A DNA stretch of 51,507 bases from Succinivibrionaceae bacterium (GCA_024688225.1 JAILEI010000065.1:1-51507), one strand, 5' to 3'; shown: positions 29,611 through 39,492, counted from the stretch's first letter. Notes: generated by a model from the sequence alone, not told the origin. Numbers and translations: made by a program.

Positions 29611-30066
29611 GTGGAAGACATCGGCACGCTCGAAGAGTTCCAGAGATTCTTCACCAACCATTTCGTCATGTGCGTCATCTGGGCGGCATGCCTCGGCGGG
29701 ATCATCTACATCCAGGCGCGGCTGCTGATCGCCAGGGTGCCCAAGGCCACGGTCAACATGGCGGTGCTGATGGCCAACCATGATGACGGCACCTTTGTCG
29801 ACCACCGCAGCCCGGAGCAGTTTGCCCAGGGCCACATCACCAACGCGGTGAACCTCACCGCCCTTGAGATCAAGCAGGAGCGCCTGCAGCAGATTGACCG
29901 GCGCAAGGACGCCCCGGTGATCCTGGTCGGGCGTGACAAGTTTGACGGCGACAGCTTCAACTGCGCAAGGTTCCTGAAGAAGTTCGGCTTCACCAAGGTC
30001 TACATCCTCGAGGGTGGCATGGCCTCCTGGACCGAGCAGAACCTGCCCGTGACCACCAAGAAATAA
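29611..30066 (+). CDS. yibN: Membrane-anchored rhodanese-domain protein (YibN-like), GTG start
   Basis: N-terminal TM helix plus a rhodanese domain (FVDHRSPEQFAQGHITNAVNL...PVILVG...ILEGGMASWTEQNLPV). Sits in the E. coli-like gpmI/yibN-secB-gpsA context. Confidence 0.8.
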   Translation: MEDIGTLEEFQRFFTNHFVMCVIWAACLGGIIYIQARLLIARVPKATVNMAVLMANHDDGTFVDHRSPEQFAQGHITNAVNLTALEIKQERLQQIDRRKDAPVILVGRDKFDGDSFNCARFLKKFGFTKVYILEGGMASWTEQNLPVTTKK

Positions 30067-30072
30067 ACCAGC

Positions 30073-30093
30073 GGGGGGCGGGTGCCGCCCCCC
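30073..30093 (+). terminator. GC hairpin (GGGGGGCG-GGTGC-CGCCCCCC) after yibN
   Basis: An 8-bp stem 7 nt after the TAA, with no U-tract. It may be only a stabiliser or attenuator. Confidence 0.3.
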
Positions 30094-30120
30094 ATCCCAG
30101 CAAGCAATGAGGATTTAGCA

Positions 30121-30648
30121 ATGTCCGATCAAAACACCGCCCCCGCGGGCTCCCAGGACCACTCCAAGGATCCGTACTTTGACGTGATCCGCGTCTATGC
30201 GCGCGACAGCTCCCTGGAGTTCCCGGGCTCTGCCACCATCTTCGCCCAGGAGTGGAAGCCCGAGATCAAGGTGGGCTTTGAGGTGCGCAACGCCAAGATT
30301 GCCGATGACCAGTACGAGGTGGTGCTGCGCATCACCCTCAACTGCACCGTGGGTGACAAGACCGCCTACGTGGTGGAGGTCAACCAGGCCGGCCTGTTCG
30401 TGATCCGCAACGTCCCCGCCGACGGCCTTGAGTACCTGATCGGCGCCAGCGCCCCCAACATCCTCTTCCCGTACGCCCGCGAGTTCGTGGCCAGCCTCGT
30501 CAACCGCGCCACCTTCCCGCAGGTCAACCTTGCCCCGCTCAACTTCGAGGCGATGTTCCGCGCCAAGAAGATCCAGGAGCAGCAGCAGGCCGCGGCGCAG
30601 GCCCAGGCCGAGGGCGCTGCCGCGCCCAAGGACGAGACGGTCCAGTAA
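30121..30648 (+). CDS. secB: Protein-export chaperone SecB
   Basis: FDVIRVYARDSSLEFP..., NQAGLFVIRNV, NILFPYAREFVASLVNRATFPQVNLAPLNFEAMF. Confidence 0.95.
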   Translation: MSDQNTAPAGSQDHSKDPYFDVIRVYARDSSLEFPGSATIFAQEWKPEIKVGFEVRNAKIADDQYEVVLRITLNCTVGDKTAYVVEVNQAGLFVIRNVPADGLEYLIGASAPNILFPYAREFVASLVNRATFPQVNLAPLNFEAMFRAKKIQEQQQAAAQAQAEGAAAPKDETVQ

Positions 30649-30654
30649 GGGGCC

Positions 30655-31659
30655 ATGCCCGGCTTTGACCATGCCTTGAGCGTGCTGGGCGCGGGATCCT
30701 ACGGGACCGCGCTCGCCATCTCCTGTGCCTCCAAGGGCCTCAAGGTCATGCTGTGGGGGCACCGTCCCGAGCACATTGAGGCCATGCGCAGGCAGCGTTG
30801 CAACGAGCGCTACCTGCCGGGCGTCCCCTTTCCCGGGACCCTGGGGCTCACCGCCTCCCTAAAGGAGGCGGTCGGCGCCTCGGATACCCTGCTCATCGTG
30901 GTGCCGAGCGCCAACTTCCACGAGACCCTCTGCAAGCTCTCCCCCTTCCTTACCCGCGGGCACTCCATTGCCTGGGCCACCAAGGGCCTGGAGTATGGCA
31001 CCGGGCGGTTGCTGAGCACCCTGGCCGCGGAGACCCTGCCCTTCCCGCTGCCGCTCGCGGCCATCTCGGGGCCGACCTTCGCCGGGGAGCTGGCGTGCGG
31101 GCTGCCCACCGCCATCGCGGTGGCGGCCACCGAGCCGGGCCTGGCCGGGCGCATCGCCGAGCTGATGCACACCCCCACCTTCAGGATCTACGAGAGCAGC
31201 GACATCATCAGCCTGCAGCTGGGCGGGGCGGTCAAGAACGTGATTGCCATCGGCGCCGGCCTCTCGGATGGCCTCGGGTACGGGGCGAACGCGCGCACCG
31301 CGCTCATCACCCGCGGCCTTGTGGAGATGATCCGCCTCGGGGTGGCGATGGGCGGCAGCGACCATGGCTTCATGGGGCTCTCGGGCCTCGGGGACCTGAT
31401 GCTGACCTGCACCGATGACCATTCCCGCAACCGCCGCTTTGGCTACATGCTGGGGCAGGGCATCCCGGTGCCCGAGGCCCTGGCGGCCATTGGACAGGTG
31501 GTAGAGGGGCACGTGATGAGCGGGGTGGTGGCGCAACTGGCCCGCAAGCTGGGCGTGCAGATGCCCATCTGCGACGAGATTGACGCGGTGGTCAACCAGG
31601 GCAAGGACGGCCATGAGGCGGCGCGGGCGCTGCTCACCCGCGCGCTCAAGAGCGAGTAG
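30655..31659 (+). CDS. gpsA: NAD(P)H-dependent glycerol-3-phosphate dehydrogenase GpsA
   Basis: VLGAGSYGTALA, SGPTFAGEL, GGAVKNVIAIGAG, TCTDDHSRNRRFG. Confidence 0.95.
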   Translation: MPGFDHALSVLGAGSYGTALAISCASKGLKVMLWGHRPEHIEAMRRQRCNERYLPGVPFPGTLGLTASLKEAVGASDTLLIVVPSANFHETLCKLSPFLTRGHSIAWATKGLEYGTGRLLSTLAAETLPFPLPLAAISGPTFAGELACGLPTAIAVAATEPGLAGRIAELMHTPTFRIYESSDIISLQLGGAVKNVIAIGAGLSDGLGYGANARTALITRGLVEMIRLGVAMGGSDHGFMGLSGLGDLMLTCTDDHSRNRRFGYMLGQGIPVPEALAAIGQVVEGHVMSGVVAQLARKLGVQMPICDEIDAVVNQGKDGHEAARALLTRALKSE

Positions 31660-31661
31660 GC

Positions 31662-32252
31662 CTAGCCGAAGGTCTCGGCGCTGACCTCATGCTGGGTGAC
31701 GTCCACCACCTCCTTGATGAGCCCGGGGAAGGCCTGCCGCAGGTGCGACTCAATGCCCTCCTTGAGGGTGATGCCCACCATCGAGCAGCCATTGCAGCCG
31801 CCGCTGAAGCGGACCTTCACCACCCCGTCGTCGGTGGCCTCCACCAGCTCCACCGCGCCGCCATGGGCGGCCAGCTCCGGGGAAATCACCCGCTGGATGA
31901 AGCTGCCCAGGCGCTGTGAGAGCGGGGCGTCCTCGGGGAGCTCCTGCCGCTTGAGGTTGGGGGCGTGGAAGGTGAGCAGATCCTCGCCCTGCTCATCCTT
32001 GCCGAGATCGATGACCGAGTCCTCAAGGTAGGGCATCTCCGCGTCGTCGATGACGATCTCAAAGCCCTCCATCCTGAAGTGCTGGTCATCCTTGGTGATG
32101 TAGTCCTTGGGGCAGTAGAGGATCCCGCACTCCACCCCCGGGGTGCCGGGGTTGGTCACGGTCAGGCGGATGGCGAGGCCCTCCATCTGCTGCTTGTCGA
32201 TGATCTTGCGGAAGTAGGCCTGCGCGCTGTCGCTGACGCTGATCTTGCTCAT
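31662..32252 (-). CDS. nfuA: Fe-S cluster biogenesis protein NfuA
   Basis: The N-terminal A-type-like domain (NPGTPGVECGILYCP) plus the Nfu domain (FSGGCNGCSMVGITLKEGIE) match E. coli NfuA. ATG 32252; the ORF-track start at 32444 is a spurious extension. Confidence 0.93.
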   Translation of the reverse strand: MSKISVSDSAQAYFRKIIDKQQMEGLAIRLTVTNPGTPGVECGILYCPKDYITKDDQHFRMEGFEIVIDDAEMPYLEDSVIDLGKDEQGEDLLTFHAPNLKRQELPEDAPLSQRLGSFIQRVISPELAAHGGAVELVEATDDGVVKVRFSGGCNGCSMVGITLKEGIESHLRQAFPGLIKEVVDVTQHEVSAETFG

Positions 32253-32285
32253 GTTCTTGGTTCCCTGCCTCAAAACAACCTTGCG

Positions 32286-32291
32286 ATTATA
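32286..32291 (-). promoter_or_regulatory. Candidate -10 (TATAAT) for nfuA
   Basis: The minus strand reads GGTGTATAATCGC, 34 nt upstream of ATG 32252. Confidence 0.3.
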
Positions 32292-32395
32292 CACCCTGCC
32301 AGGGAGGGCCGGCCTGCGCCGCGGGCCAGGCGCCCAGGGGCGGCTTTTCCTCACCTTTTGGCGCAATAGGGCATGATCGGGGCCCCCTTTTGGGA

Positions 32396-32401
32396 TAGAA
32401 T
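32396..32401 (+). promoter_or_regulatory. Candidate -10 (TAGAAT) for pckA
   Basis: The plus strand reads TTGGGATAGAATTG, 61 nt upstream of ATG 32462. Confidence 0.25.
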
Positions 32402-32461
32402 TGTGCGGTTGGGATTTCCCTAGGGGAAGTGCCAGAGAACGCAACCAACGTGGAGAAAGAT

Positions 32462-34099
32462 ATGAGCCTTTTTGACCAGCTCGGCCTCGCGCAGTACGGA
32501 ATCGCCAGTGCCTCTGAAGTTGTCTACAACCCCTCCTACGAGGATCTCTTCAAGGAAGAGACCGTTGACGGCCTGACCGGCTACGACGTGGGCACCCTGA
32601 CCGACACCGGCGCGGTCAACGTGATGACCGGCATTTACACCGGCCGCTCGCCCAAGGACAAGTTCATTGTCGAGGATGACGTGTCCACCGGCAAGGTGAA
32701 CAATGGCAAGGGCGGCCAGGGCAGCGTCTGGTGGAACAGCGAGGGCTTCAAGAACGACAACAAGCCCCTGAGCGCCGAGTCCTGGAAGGTTCTCAAGAAG
32801 CTGGCGGGCGAGGAGCTCACCGGCAAGAAGCTGTACGTGGTGGACCGCGTCTGCGGCGCCAACCCCGACACCTGCCTCAAGGTCCGCTTCATCATGGAGG
32901 TGGCCTGGCAGGCGCACTTCGTGACCAACATGTTTGTCGCCCCCTCCACCCCGGCGACCCCCGAGGGCTTCAACCCTGACTTCGTGGTGATCAACGCCTC
33001 CAAGGCCAAGGTCACCAACTACAAGGAGCTGGGCCTCAACTCCGAGACCGCGGTGGTCTTCAACCTCACCGAGCGCACCCAGGTCATCCTCAACACCTGG
33101 TACGGCGGCGAGATGAAGAAGGGCATGTTCTCGATGATGAACTACTACCTGCCGCTCAAGGGCATTGCCGCCATGCACTGCTCCGCCAACACCGACAAGA
33201 ACGGCGAGAACACCGCCATCTTCTTCGGCCTCTCCGGCACCGGCAAGACCACCCTCTCCACCGATCCGAAGCGCCTGCTCATCGGCGATGACGAGCACGG
33301 CTGGGACGACAACGGCGTCTTCAACTTCGAGGGCGGCTGCTACGCGAAGGTCATCAACCTCTCCCAGGAGAACGAGCCGGACATCTGGAACGCCATCAAG
33401 CGCAACGCGCTGCTTGAGAACGTCACCGTCAAGGATGGCAAGTGCGACTATGCGGACAAGTCGGTCACCGAGAACACCCGTGTCTCCTACCCGATCAACC
33501 ACATCACCAACATCGTCAAGCCCGTCTCCAAGGGCCCTGCCGCCAAGCGCGTGATCTTCCTCTCCGCGGACGCCTTCGGCGTGCTGCCGCCGGTCTCCAT
33601 CCTCAACAAGGATCAGACCAAGTACTACTTCCTCTCCGGCTTCACCGCGAAGCTGGCGGGCACCGAGCGTGGCATCACCGAGCCGACCCCGACCTTCTCC
33701 TCCTGCTTCGGCGCGGCCTTCCTGTCGCTGCCCCCGACCACCTACGCTGACGTGCTGGTCAAGCGCATGGAGAAGTCTGGCGCCTCCGCCTACCTGGTGA
33801 ACACCGGCTGGAACGGCACCGGCAAGCGCATCTCGATCAAGGACACCCGCGGCATCATCGACGCGATCCTCGACGGCTCGATCGACAAGGCCCCCTCGAA
33901 GACCATCCCGGTCTTCTCCTTCAAGGTCCCGACCGAGCTCCCGGGCGTCGATCCGAAGATCCTCGATCCCCGCGACACCTACCAGGACAAGGCCGAGTGG
34001 GACAAGCGCGCCGCCGATCTCGCGGGTCGCTTCATCAAGAACTTCAAGAAGTTCGAGTCCCTGGGCGGCGACCTGGTCAAGGCCGGCCCGCAGCTCTAG
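32462..34099 (+). CDS. pckA: Phosphoenolpyruvate carboxykinase (ATP)
   Basis: [55 protein letters not shown]. It is close in pattern to Anaerobiospirillum/Pasteurellaceae-type PckA as I remember it. GGAG lies upstream of ATG 32462. Confidence 0.96.
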   Translation: MSLFDQLGLAQYGIASASEVVYNPSYEDLFKEETVDGLTGYDVGTLTDTGAVNVMTGIYTGRSPKDKFIVEDDVSTGKVNNGKGGQGSVWWNSEGFKNDNKPLSAESWKVLKKLAGEELTGKKLYVVDRVCGANPDTCLKVRFIMEVAWQAHFVTNMFVAPSTPATPEGFNPDFVVINASKAKVTNYKELGLNSETAVVFNLTERTQVILNTWYGGEMKKGMFSMMNYYLPLKGIAAMHCSANTDKNGENTAIFFGLSGTGKTTLSTDPKRLLIGDDEHGWDDNGVFNFEGGCYAKVINLSQENEPDIWNAIKRNALLENVTVKDGKCDYADKSVTENTRVSYPINHITNIVKPVSKGPAAKRVIFLSADAFGVLPPVSILNKDQTKYYFLSGFTAKLAGTERGITEPTPTFSSCFGAAFLSLPPTTYADVLVKRMEKSGASAYLVNTGWNGTGKRISIKDTRGIIDAILDGSIDKAPSKTIPVFSFKVPTELPGVDPKILDPRDTYQDKAEWDKRAADLAGRFIKNFKKFESLGGDLVKAGPQL

Positions 34100-34131
34100 T
34101 GCCTGCCTAGCCTCAAGCTAGGAATTCTGGC

Positions 34132-34169
34132 AAGATCCGGCGTGAGTCCCATGCCGGATCTTTTATTTT
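34132..34169 (+). terminator. Rho-independent terminator after pckA
   Basis: AAGATCCGGC-N11-GCCGGATCTT followed by TTTTATTTT. Confidence 0.8.
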
Positions 34170-34180
34170 GGGGAAAAGCA

Positions 34181-34789
34181 ATGAAAAAGCCGTTTGTCAC
34201 CCGCGAGGGCTATGACCTGCTCAGCCAGGAACTCAGGCACCTCTGGGAGGATCGCCGCCCCGAGGTGACGCAGAAGGTGGCCTGGGCCGCCAGCCTTGGG
34301 GATCGCTCCGAGAATGCGGACTACCAGTACAACAAGCGCCTTTTGGGCCAGATTGACCGCAGGGTGCGCTTCTTGCGGGGCTGCCTGCAGCGCCTCAAGG
34401 TCATCGAGTACAACCGCCAGCAGGAGGGCCGGGTGTTCTTTGGCGCCTATGTGGAGATCGAGTCCAACGATGAGGATGCCGTGATGCGGCTGCGCATCGT
34501 GGGCGGGGATGAGATCTTCGGGCGCAGCAACTGCATCAGCGTGGACTCGCCGCTTGCCAAGGCGCTCCTGGGCAAGTCCGAGGGGGATGACGCCGAGGTG
34601 ATGGCCCCGCGGGGGCGCCGCTCCTGGCATGTCAGCAAAATCTCCTACCGCAAGCCCAGCTGGTTTGAGGATGAGGAACCGCAACTGCGCGACCTCGGCG
34701 CAGACGATCTCGAGGTGGAGGTGGAGGAGATCCCGGAGGAGGAGCGGCGGCGCCTCGAGCAGGAGTACCTGAGCACCCTGGTCAAGTAG
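34181..34789 (+). CDS. greB: Transcription elongation factor GreB with a 43-aa acidic C-terminal extension
   Basis: VTREGYDLLSQELRHLWEDRRPEVTQKVAWAASLGDRSENADYQYNKR... is nearly collinear with E. coli GreB up to ...ISYRKP. It then continues SWFEDEEPQL...EQEYLSTLVK. Confidence 0.9.
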   Translation: MKKPFVTREGYDLLSQELRHLWEDRRPEVTQKVAWAASLGDRSENADYQYNKRLLGQIDRRVRFLRGCLQRLKVIEYNRQQEGRVFFGAYVEIESNDEDAVMRLRIVGGDEIFGRSNCISVDSPLAKALLGKSEGDDAEVMAPRGRRSWHVSKISYRKPSWFEDEEPQLRDLGADDLEVEVEEIPEEERRRLEQEYLSTLVK

Positions 34790-34807
34790 GCGCCGCCCAG
34801 GCGGGGG

Positions 34808-35458
34808 CTAGACGCCCCGCTGCCTGCGGTAGGCGATGAGATCGTCGATGCTCACCACGGTCAGGTCATGGAGCATGGCGAAGGTGCACACCCGCGGCAG
34901 CTTGGCCATGTTGCCGTCCGGGGCGCACAGCTCGCAGAGGATCCCCGCGGGGGAGAAGCCGGCGAGGCGCGCGAGATCCACCGAGGCCTCGGTGTGGCCG
35001 CCGCGCTCGAGCACCCCGCCCGGCCGGGCCACCAGCGGGAAGGTGTGGCCGGGGGCCACCAGGTCCTGCGGGGTGGAGCTGGGGTCTACCAGGGTGCGCA
35101 CCGTGGCCACGCGGTCATGCGCCGAGACCCCGGTGCCCACGCCGTGGGCCGCGTCCACCGAGATGGTGAAGGCGGTGCCATAGGCAGAGGTGTTGTGGGA
35201 GACCATCATGGTCAGGCCGAGGGCGCGGGCGCGCTCCTCGGTGACGCACACGCACATGATCCCCGAGCACTCGCGGATCAGGAAGGCCATCTGATCCTCG
35301 GTCACGGTGTCGGCGGCATAGATGAGGTCGCCCTCGTTCTCGCGATCCTCATTGTCCACCACCATGATGCCGCGGCGCTCGCGCAGTGCCTCAAGGGCGG
35401 CCTCCACGCGCTCGTTGCTGTCGGCGCCGAAGGTGGAGAGCAGGCTGGTTCTGGTCAT
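34808..35458 (-). CDS. ribB: 3,4-dihydroxy-2-butanone 4-phosphate synthase RibB
   Basis: VVDNEDRENEGDLIYAA, GHTEASVDLARLAG. Confidence 0.95.
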   Translation of the reverse strand: MTRTSLLSTFGADSNERVEAALEALRERRGIMVVDNEDRENEGDLIYAADTVTEDQMAFLIRECSGIMCVCVTEERARALGLTMMVSHNTSAYGTAFTISVDAAHGVGTGVSAHDRVATVRTLVDPSSTPQDLVAPGHTFPLVARPGGVLERGGHTEASVDLARLAGFSPAGILCELCAPDGNMAKLPRVCTFAMLHDLTVVSIDDLIAYRRQRGV

Positions 35459-35467
35459 TGTTACCCC

Positions 35468-36214
35468 CTAGGTCAAGCTGGCGCCCACTCGCGCCTCAGT
35501 CATGGTGCGCCGCATCGTGGCCACGGCCTCGGAAAGGCCGCAGAAGAGGGCGCGGGCGATGATGCTGTGCCCGATGTTGAGCTCGTGCATCTGCGGGATG
35601 GCCGCGATGGCCCCCACATTGTGGTAGTTGAGCCCGTGGCCGGAGTTGACCTTGAGGCCCAGCGAGGCGGCATAGGCCGCGGCATCCTTGATTTTCTGCA
35701 GTTCCTGCCCGATCGCCGCGCTGCCCTGGGCGTTGGCGTAGGCCCCGGTGTGCAGCTCGATGACCGGGGCGCCGGCGCGGTGGGCCGCGTCAATCTGCGC
35801 CTGCTCCGGGGCGATGAACAGCGAGCACTCGGTGCCCACCCGGGAGAGGCGCTCCACGGCGCGGGCCACCCGGTCAAAGCCCCCCACCACATCGAGGCCG
35901 CCCTCGGTGGTGACCTCCTCGCGGCGCTCGGGCACCAGGCAGGCGCACTGCGGGGCCAGGGCCTCGGCGATCGCCAGGATCTCGTCCGTCACCGCCATCT
36001 CGAGGTTGAGGCGGGTGGTGATGGTCTCGCGGATGATGCGCACGTCACGATCGGTGATGTGGCGGCGATCCTCGCGCAGGTGGGTGGTGATGCTGTCCGC
36101 GCCCGCCATTTCCGCCACCGCGGCCCCCGCCACGGGATCGGGGTAGTTGGTGCCGCGGGCGTTGCGCACCGTGGCGATGTGGTCAATGTTGACCCCCAGC
36201 AGGATGGGTTCCAT
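35468..36214 (-). CDS. pdxJ: Pyridoxine 5'-phosphate synthase PdxJ
   Basis: [48 protein letters not shown]. Confidence 0.95.
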   Translation of the reverse strand: MEPILLGVNIDHIATVRNARGTNYPDPVAGAAVAEMAGADSITTHLREDRRHITDRDVRIIRETITTRLNLEMAVTDEILAIAEALAPQCACLVPERREEVTTEGGLDVVGGFDRVARAVERLSRVGTECSLFIAPEQAQIDAAHRAGAPVIELHTGAYANAQGSAAIGQELQKIKDAAAYAASLGLKVNSGHGLNYHNVGAIAAIPQMHELNIGHSIIARALFCGLSEAVATMRRTMTEARVGASLT

Positions 36215-36263
36215 TTCTCTATCTCTCCTTCCTGCCCCGCGCGGGGCAGGGCGGGAATTATAA

Positions 36264-37487
36264 CTACTTTGCGCTGTCCCTGGCGCCCTCGCCGATGGTG
36301 CTGATGGCGGCAGGCGGGGCCTTGAGCATGAACAGGATCACCAGCGCCGCCACCACCGCCGGGGCAACCGTGGCCAGCAGGGCCTCGGCGAGCCCGATGC
36401 GGTCCCCCAGCCAGCCGGTGAGCACTGACTCGATGTAGCCGATGCCGAAGGTGAAGCCCAGCACGGTGGAGGAGGCCAGGGCGGCGTTGCCCGGCATCAG
36501 GCGCTGGGTCCAGACGATGGCGGCAGGGGTGGAGCCGTACATGCCGGCGCCGGTGATGAACAGCGCGGCCATGGCGTCCCAGGTGGTGCCCGGCCAGAGC
36601 AGGAAGTAGACCGCGCCGGCGAGGGTGATGAGGTAGCTCAGGGCGATGCCCATGCGCAGGCCAAAGCGATCCGAGAGCGATCCGGTGGCGAGGCCGCCCA
36701 CCACCGAGCCCAGCAGCATCACCACCAGGGCGCTGGCGCTCTCCACCCCGCTGTGGCCGTGCGAGGAGAGCAGGAGCGGCAGGTAGACCACCATGGCGCA
36801 GTAGCACCAGGAGCGCAGCGAGATGGAGGAGGTGAGCAGCAGCAACTCGCGGTTGTGCATGATCTCATGCATGTTGAGGCCCTTGGCCGCGCCGGGCGGC
36901 GGGGCGACATTGCGCTCGCAGCGGCGCACGTAAACCAGCGCGACAGTGATGAGCGCGGGCAGCACCAGCCACAGCAGCTGCTCGGCGCCCACCGCCTCGA
37001 TGAAGGCGGCGAAGATGAGCGGCGCCACCGCAAAGCCGATGTTGCCGCCGGCGATGAAGATGGAGGTGGAGAGGGTCTCATGCCCCTTGGGAATCACCTC
37101 GACCAGGATCTTCGAGCAGATGGGGTGGAATCCCGAGGCGCAGATCCCCGAGAGCAGGATCACCGCCACCAGCGGTACCAGGCTGTCGACCGCCCCGATG
37201 AGGCAGGCAAAGAACCCGCCGGTGATGATGGAGAGCGGCATCAGGAAGTTGATGGGCTTGCGGTCGGCGGCGAGGCCCAGCGGCATCTGCAGCAGGTTGG
37301 TGGTCACCGAGTAGATCATGAACAGCACCCCGCAGGCGCTGTAGGAGATCCCAAACTTCACCGCCAGGACCGGCAGCATCACCGGCAGCACGTTGCAGTA
37401 GAAGTCACTGGTGAAATGGCACAGCCCCATCAGGAAGACGTTGCCATAGTTGCGGTCCGGGCCGCGCCTTGCGATTGCTTCGGTCAT
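36264..37487 (-). CDS. MFS transporter (Fsr/fosmidomycin-resistance-like)
   Basis: About 12 TM helices. The N-terminal [19 protein letters not shown] resembles the Fsr subfamily. The ATG overlaps the hslO stop (ATGA). Confidence 0.75.
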   Translation of the reverse strand: MTEAIARRGPDRNYGNVFLMGLCHFTSDFYCNVLPVMLPVLAVKFGISYSACGVLFMIYSVTTNLLQMPLGLAADRKPINFLMPLSIITGGFFACLIGAVDSLVPLVAVILLSGICASGFHPICSKILVEVIPKGHETLSTSIFIAGGNIGFAVAPLIFAAFIEAVGAEQLLWLVLPALITVALVYVRRCERNVAPPPGAAKGLNMHEIMHNRELLLLTSSISLRSWCYCAMVVYLPLLLSSHGHSGVESASALVVMLLGSVVGGLATGSLSDRFGLRMGIALSYLITLAGAVYFLLWPGTTWDAMAALFITGAGMYGSTPAAIVWTQRLMPGNAALASSTVLGFTFGIGYIESVLTGWLGDRIGLAEALLATVAPAVVAALVILFMLKAPPAAISTIGEGARDSAK

Positions 37488-38359
37488 TGTGATTTCTCGC
37501 TAAGAAGTTTGTCCAGTTCCGCGGCGCCGATGACATAGCGCCGCCCGCAGTGCTCACAGTTAATCTCGGCCTTGCCCCTGGCGCGCAGCGCGGCAAGGTC
37601 CTGCCTCGGCAGCATCCTGAGGGTGCCAAGGCAGCGGTCGCGGGAGCAACCGCAGCGAAATGAGGCCCCCTGGAGGGGGAAGATCCGCACCCGCTCGTGG
37701 GCGTAGAGCCGCGAGAGGATTTCGGTGGGGGGCAGGGCGGCGAGCTCGGCGGTGGTCAGGGTGGCCGCCAGGGTGGACAGGTGCCCCAGCGACTCCGCGG
37801 CGCCGTCCCCCGCGCCTGGCAGGGCCTGCAGCATGATCCCCCCCGCCACCGGCAGGGCGGGATCGCAAAACAGCAGCACCCGGGTCATGAGCTGGGCGGA
37901 CTGCTGGAAATGGCCCTCGAGGCAGGCGGCGAAGTCCGGCTGCCCGGTCGGGGTGATCCCCTGCCAGGGGCGCTGCGCGGTGTCGCGGGGGAAGATGGTG
38001 ACCGCCAGCAGGCCGTCCGCCCCGCACAGCGTGGCAAAGCCCTCATCGCTGCCCAGGGTGGCGCCCTCGCGCAGCGCGGCGGAGCCATAGAAGGAGAGAT
38101 CCTCGCGCACGTTCAGCACGGAATAGGAGAGCGGCGCGGACTTGCCGCCCTGCAGCTGCAGCATCAGCTCGGAGTGATCCTTGAGCGAGGCGCCCAGCAT
38201 CACCGCCGCCACCGCCTGCTCCAGCAGCTGCCGCTGCAGCGGCCCGGGACGGCCGTGCCCCAGGAGCGGCCGCAGGCAGCCCCCGAGGGCCACCAGCTGG
38301 CCGTTGACCTCATGATCCTCTACGAGGAAGCGCATCGCCCCCTCGGCCATGGCACCCAT
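37484..38359 (-). CDS. hslO: Redox-regulated chaperone Hsp33 (HslO)
   Basis: C-terminal zinc centre FRCGCSRDRC...NCEHCGRRY, with the body collinear with E. coli Hsp33. The start is uncertain: ATG 38359, 38350 or about 38335. Confidence 0.9.
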   Translation of the reverse strand: MGAMAEGAMRFLVEDHEVNGQLVALGGCLRPLLGHGRPGPLQRQLLEQAVAAVMLGASLKDHSELMLQLQGGKSAPLSYSVLNVREDLSFYGSAALREGATLGSDEGFATLCGADGLLAVTIFPRDTAQRPWQGITPTGQPDFAACLEGHFQQSAQLMTRVLLFCDPALPVAGGIMLQALPGAGDGAAESLGHLSTLAATLTTAELAALPPTEILSRLYAHERVRIFPLQGASFRCGCSRDRCLGTLRMLPRQDLAALRARGKAEINCEHCGRRYVIGAAELDKLLSEKSQ

Positions 38360-38367
38360 ATTTCTGA

Positions 38368-38769
38368 CTATCCTTCCAGGTTGCGCATTTTCAGGCCCCG
38401 CAGCTCGCGGCGCTCCTTCTTGGAGGGGCGGGAGTCGGGGTGGGGGACGGCGAAGGCGGCGTTGCGGCGCAGCTCCTGCTCGCGCTCGCGCCGCGCCACG
38501 CTCTCCTCGGTCTCGCGGTAGAGCGCCGCGGCCACCGTGGCGCTGCCGCGCGACGAGCTGAGCGCCAGCACCTCGACCTCGCGGCGGCTGTCGCCCTGGA
38601 GGAAGCGGATCCTGGCCCCCACCTCCACGGCGCGCGCGGGCTTGCCGCGGGCGCCGTTGTAGTCGACCTTGCCGCCCTCGATCATCTCGCGGGCGATGGT
38701 GCGGGTGCGGTAGAAGCGCGCCGCCCACATCCACTTGTCAAGGCGCACCTTGCCATCGTCTTCCGCCAT
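38368..38769 (-). CDS. hslR: Heat shock protein 15 (HslR, S4-domain ribosome-associated)
   Basis: VRLDKWMWAARFYRTRTIAREMIEGGKVDYNG...PHPDSRPSKKERRELR matches E. coli HslR. Confidence 0.92.
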   Translation of the reverse strand: MAEDDGKVRLDKWMWAARFYRTRTIAREMIEGGKVDYNGARGKPARAVEVGARIRFLQGDSRREVEVLALSSSRGSATVAAALYRETEESVARREREQELRRNAAFAVPHPDSRPSKKERRELRGLKMRNLEG

Positions 38770-38792
38770 TGCGAGGACTCCCCAAAAGAAAC

Positions 38793-38809
38793 TAGAATCT
38801 GCGATTATA
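38793..38809. promoter_or_regulatory. Back-to-back candidate -10 boxes: TAGAAT (+, 38793-38798, nudE) and TATAAT (-, 38809-38804, hslR)
   Basis: The plus strand reads ACTAGAATCTGCGATTATAC. The boxes lie 58 nt from the nudE ATG and 35 nt from the hslR ATG. Confidence 0.35.
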
Positions 38810-38855
38810 CCCCATTGCCCGCAGGCCAATGGGCCTGCATAAGGAGGATCAGGAA

Positions 38856-39422
38856 ATGGATCTCACCCCGCTGCGCCAGGACCCACCCCGGGTGCTTTCC
38901 CGGCGCGCCTTCCGCGGTTCGCGCTTTTTGCGCGTCGAGCAGGTGGACCTTAAGTTCAGCAATGGGGTGGAGGCCACTTATGAGCGCATCATGGGGGGCC
39001 GCGGGGCGGTGATGCTGGTGCCCTTTGACGGCGAGCGCTTCCACCTGGTCTCCGAGTACGCGGTCGGGGTGGAGGGCTATGCCCTGGGCCTTGCCAAGGG
39101 CAAGATTGACGCGGGCGAGACCCCGGCGCAGGCGGCGGCCCGCGAGCTTGCCGAGGAGCTGGGCCTCGGGGCGCGGCGCCTGGTGCCCCTGAAGTCCCGC
39201 ATGAGCGTCGCCCCCGGGATGATGACCCTCACCATGTACCCCTTCCTGTGCACCGATCTCTATCCCCACCGCCGCCCAGGCGACGAGCCCGAGCCCATCC
39301 GGGACATCGCGGTCACGGCCGAGGAGCTGCGCGATCTCATCTTCACCCCGGACTCCCCGCTCGAGGAGTCGCGGGCCATCGCCGCCCTTACCCTGGCCAT
39401 GGGCAGCCTTGGGCTGCTGTGA
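38856..39422 (+). CDS. nudE: ADP compounds hydrolase NudE (Nudix)
   Basis: VDLKFSNGVEATYERI, Nudix box GKIDAGETPAQAAARELAEELG, GDEPEP. AAGGAGGA lies 7 nt upstream of ATG 38856. ATG 38829 is an alternative start. Confidence 0.88.
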   Translation: MDLTPLRQDPPRVLSRRAFRGSRFLRVEQVDLKFSNGVEATYERIMGGRGAVMLVPFDGERFHLVSEYAVGVEGYALGLAKGKIDAGETPAQAAARELAEELGLGARRLVPLKSRMSVAPGMMTLTMYPFLCTDLYPHRRPGDEPEPIRDIAVTAEELRDLIFTPDSPLEESRAIAALTLAMGSLGLL

Positions 39423-39483
39423 GCCCTCGCGCACCACAATGGTGCGGGGTGGGGAGGGCCCCTGATCGGAAGGCGGCGTTCTT

Positions 39484-39492
39484 TGGTAATAT
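39484..39492 (+). promoter_or_regulatory. Candidate extended -10 promoter (TGGTAATAT) for argF
   Basis: A TGn + TAATAT element 60 nt upstream of ATG 39552. Confidence 0.35.

Noticed and set aside
29216-29835. ORFs spanning the gpmI/yibN intergenic region (29216-29728 +, 29464-29835 -, 29466-29783 +), and similar ones in the coaBC/rpmB gap (44919-45260 +, 45138-45413 -).
   Set aside because: Their translations are Arg/Pro/Gly-rich with no motif. They overlap the real gene ends on both sides. The regions contain promoter-like AT patches and hairpins typical of non-coding DNA.
35459-35467. Expected FMN riboswitch upstream of ribB.
   Set aside because: Only 9 nt separate ribB from pdxJ, and I saw no RFN-like conserved core nearby. 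This is reported as an absence in the findings, not as a feature.
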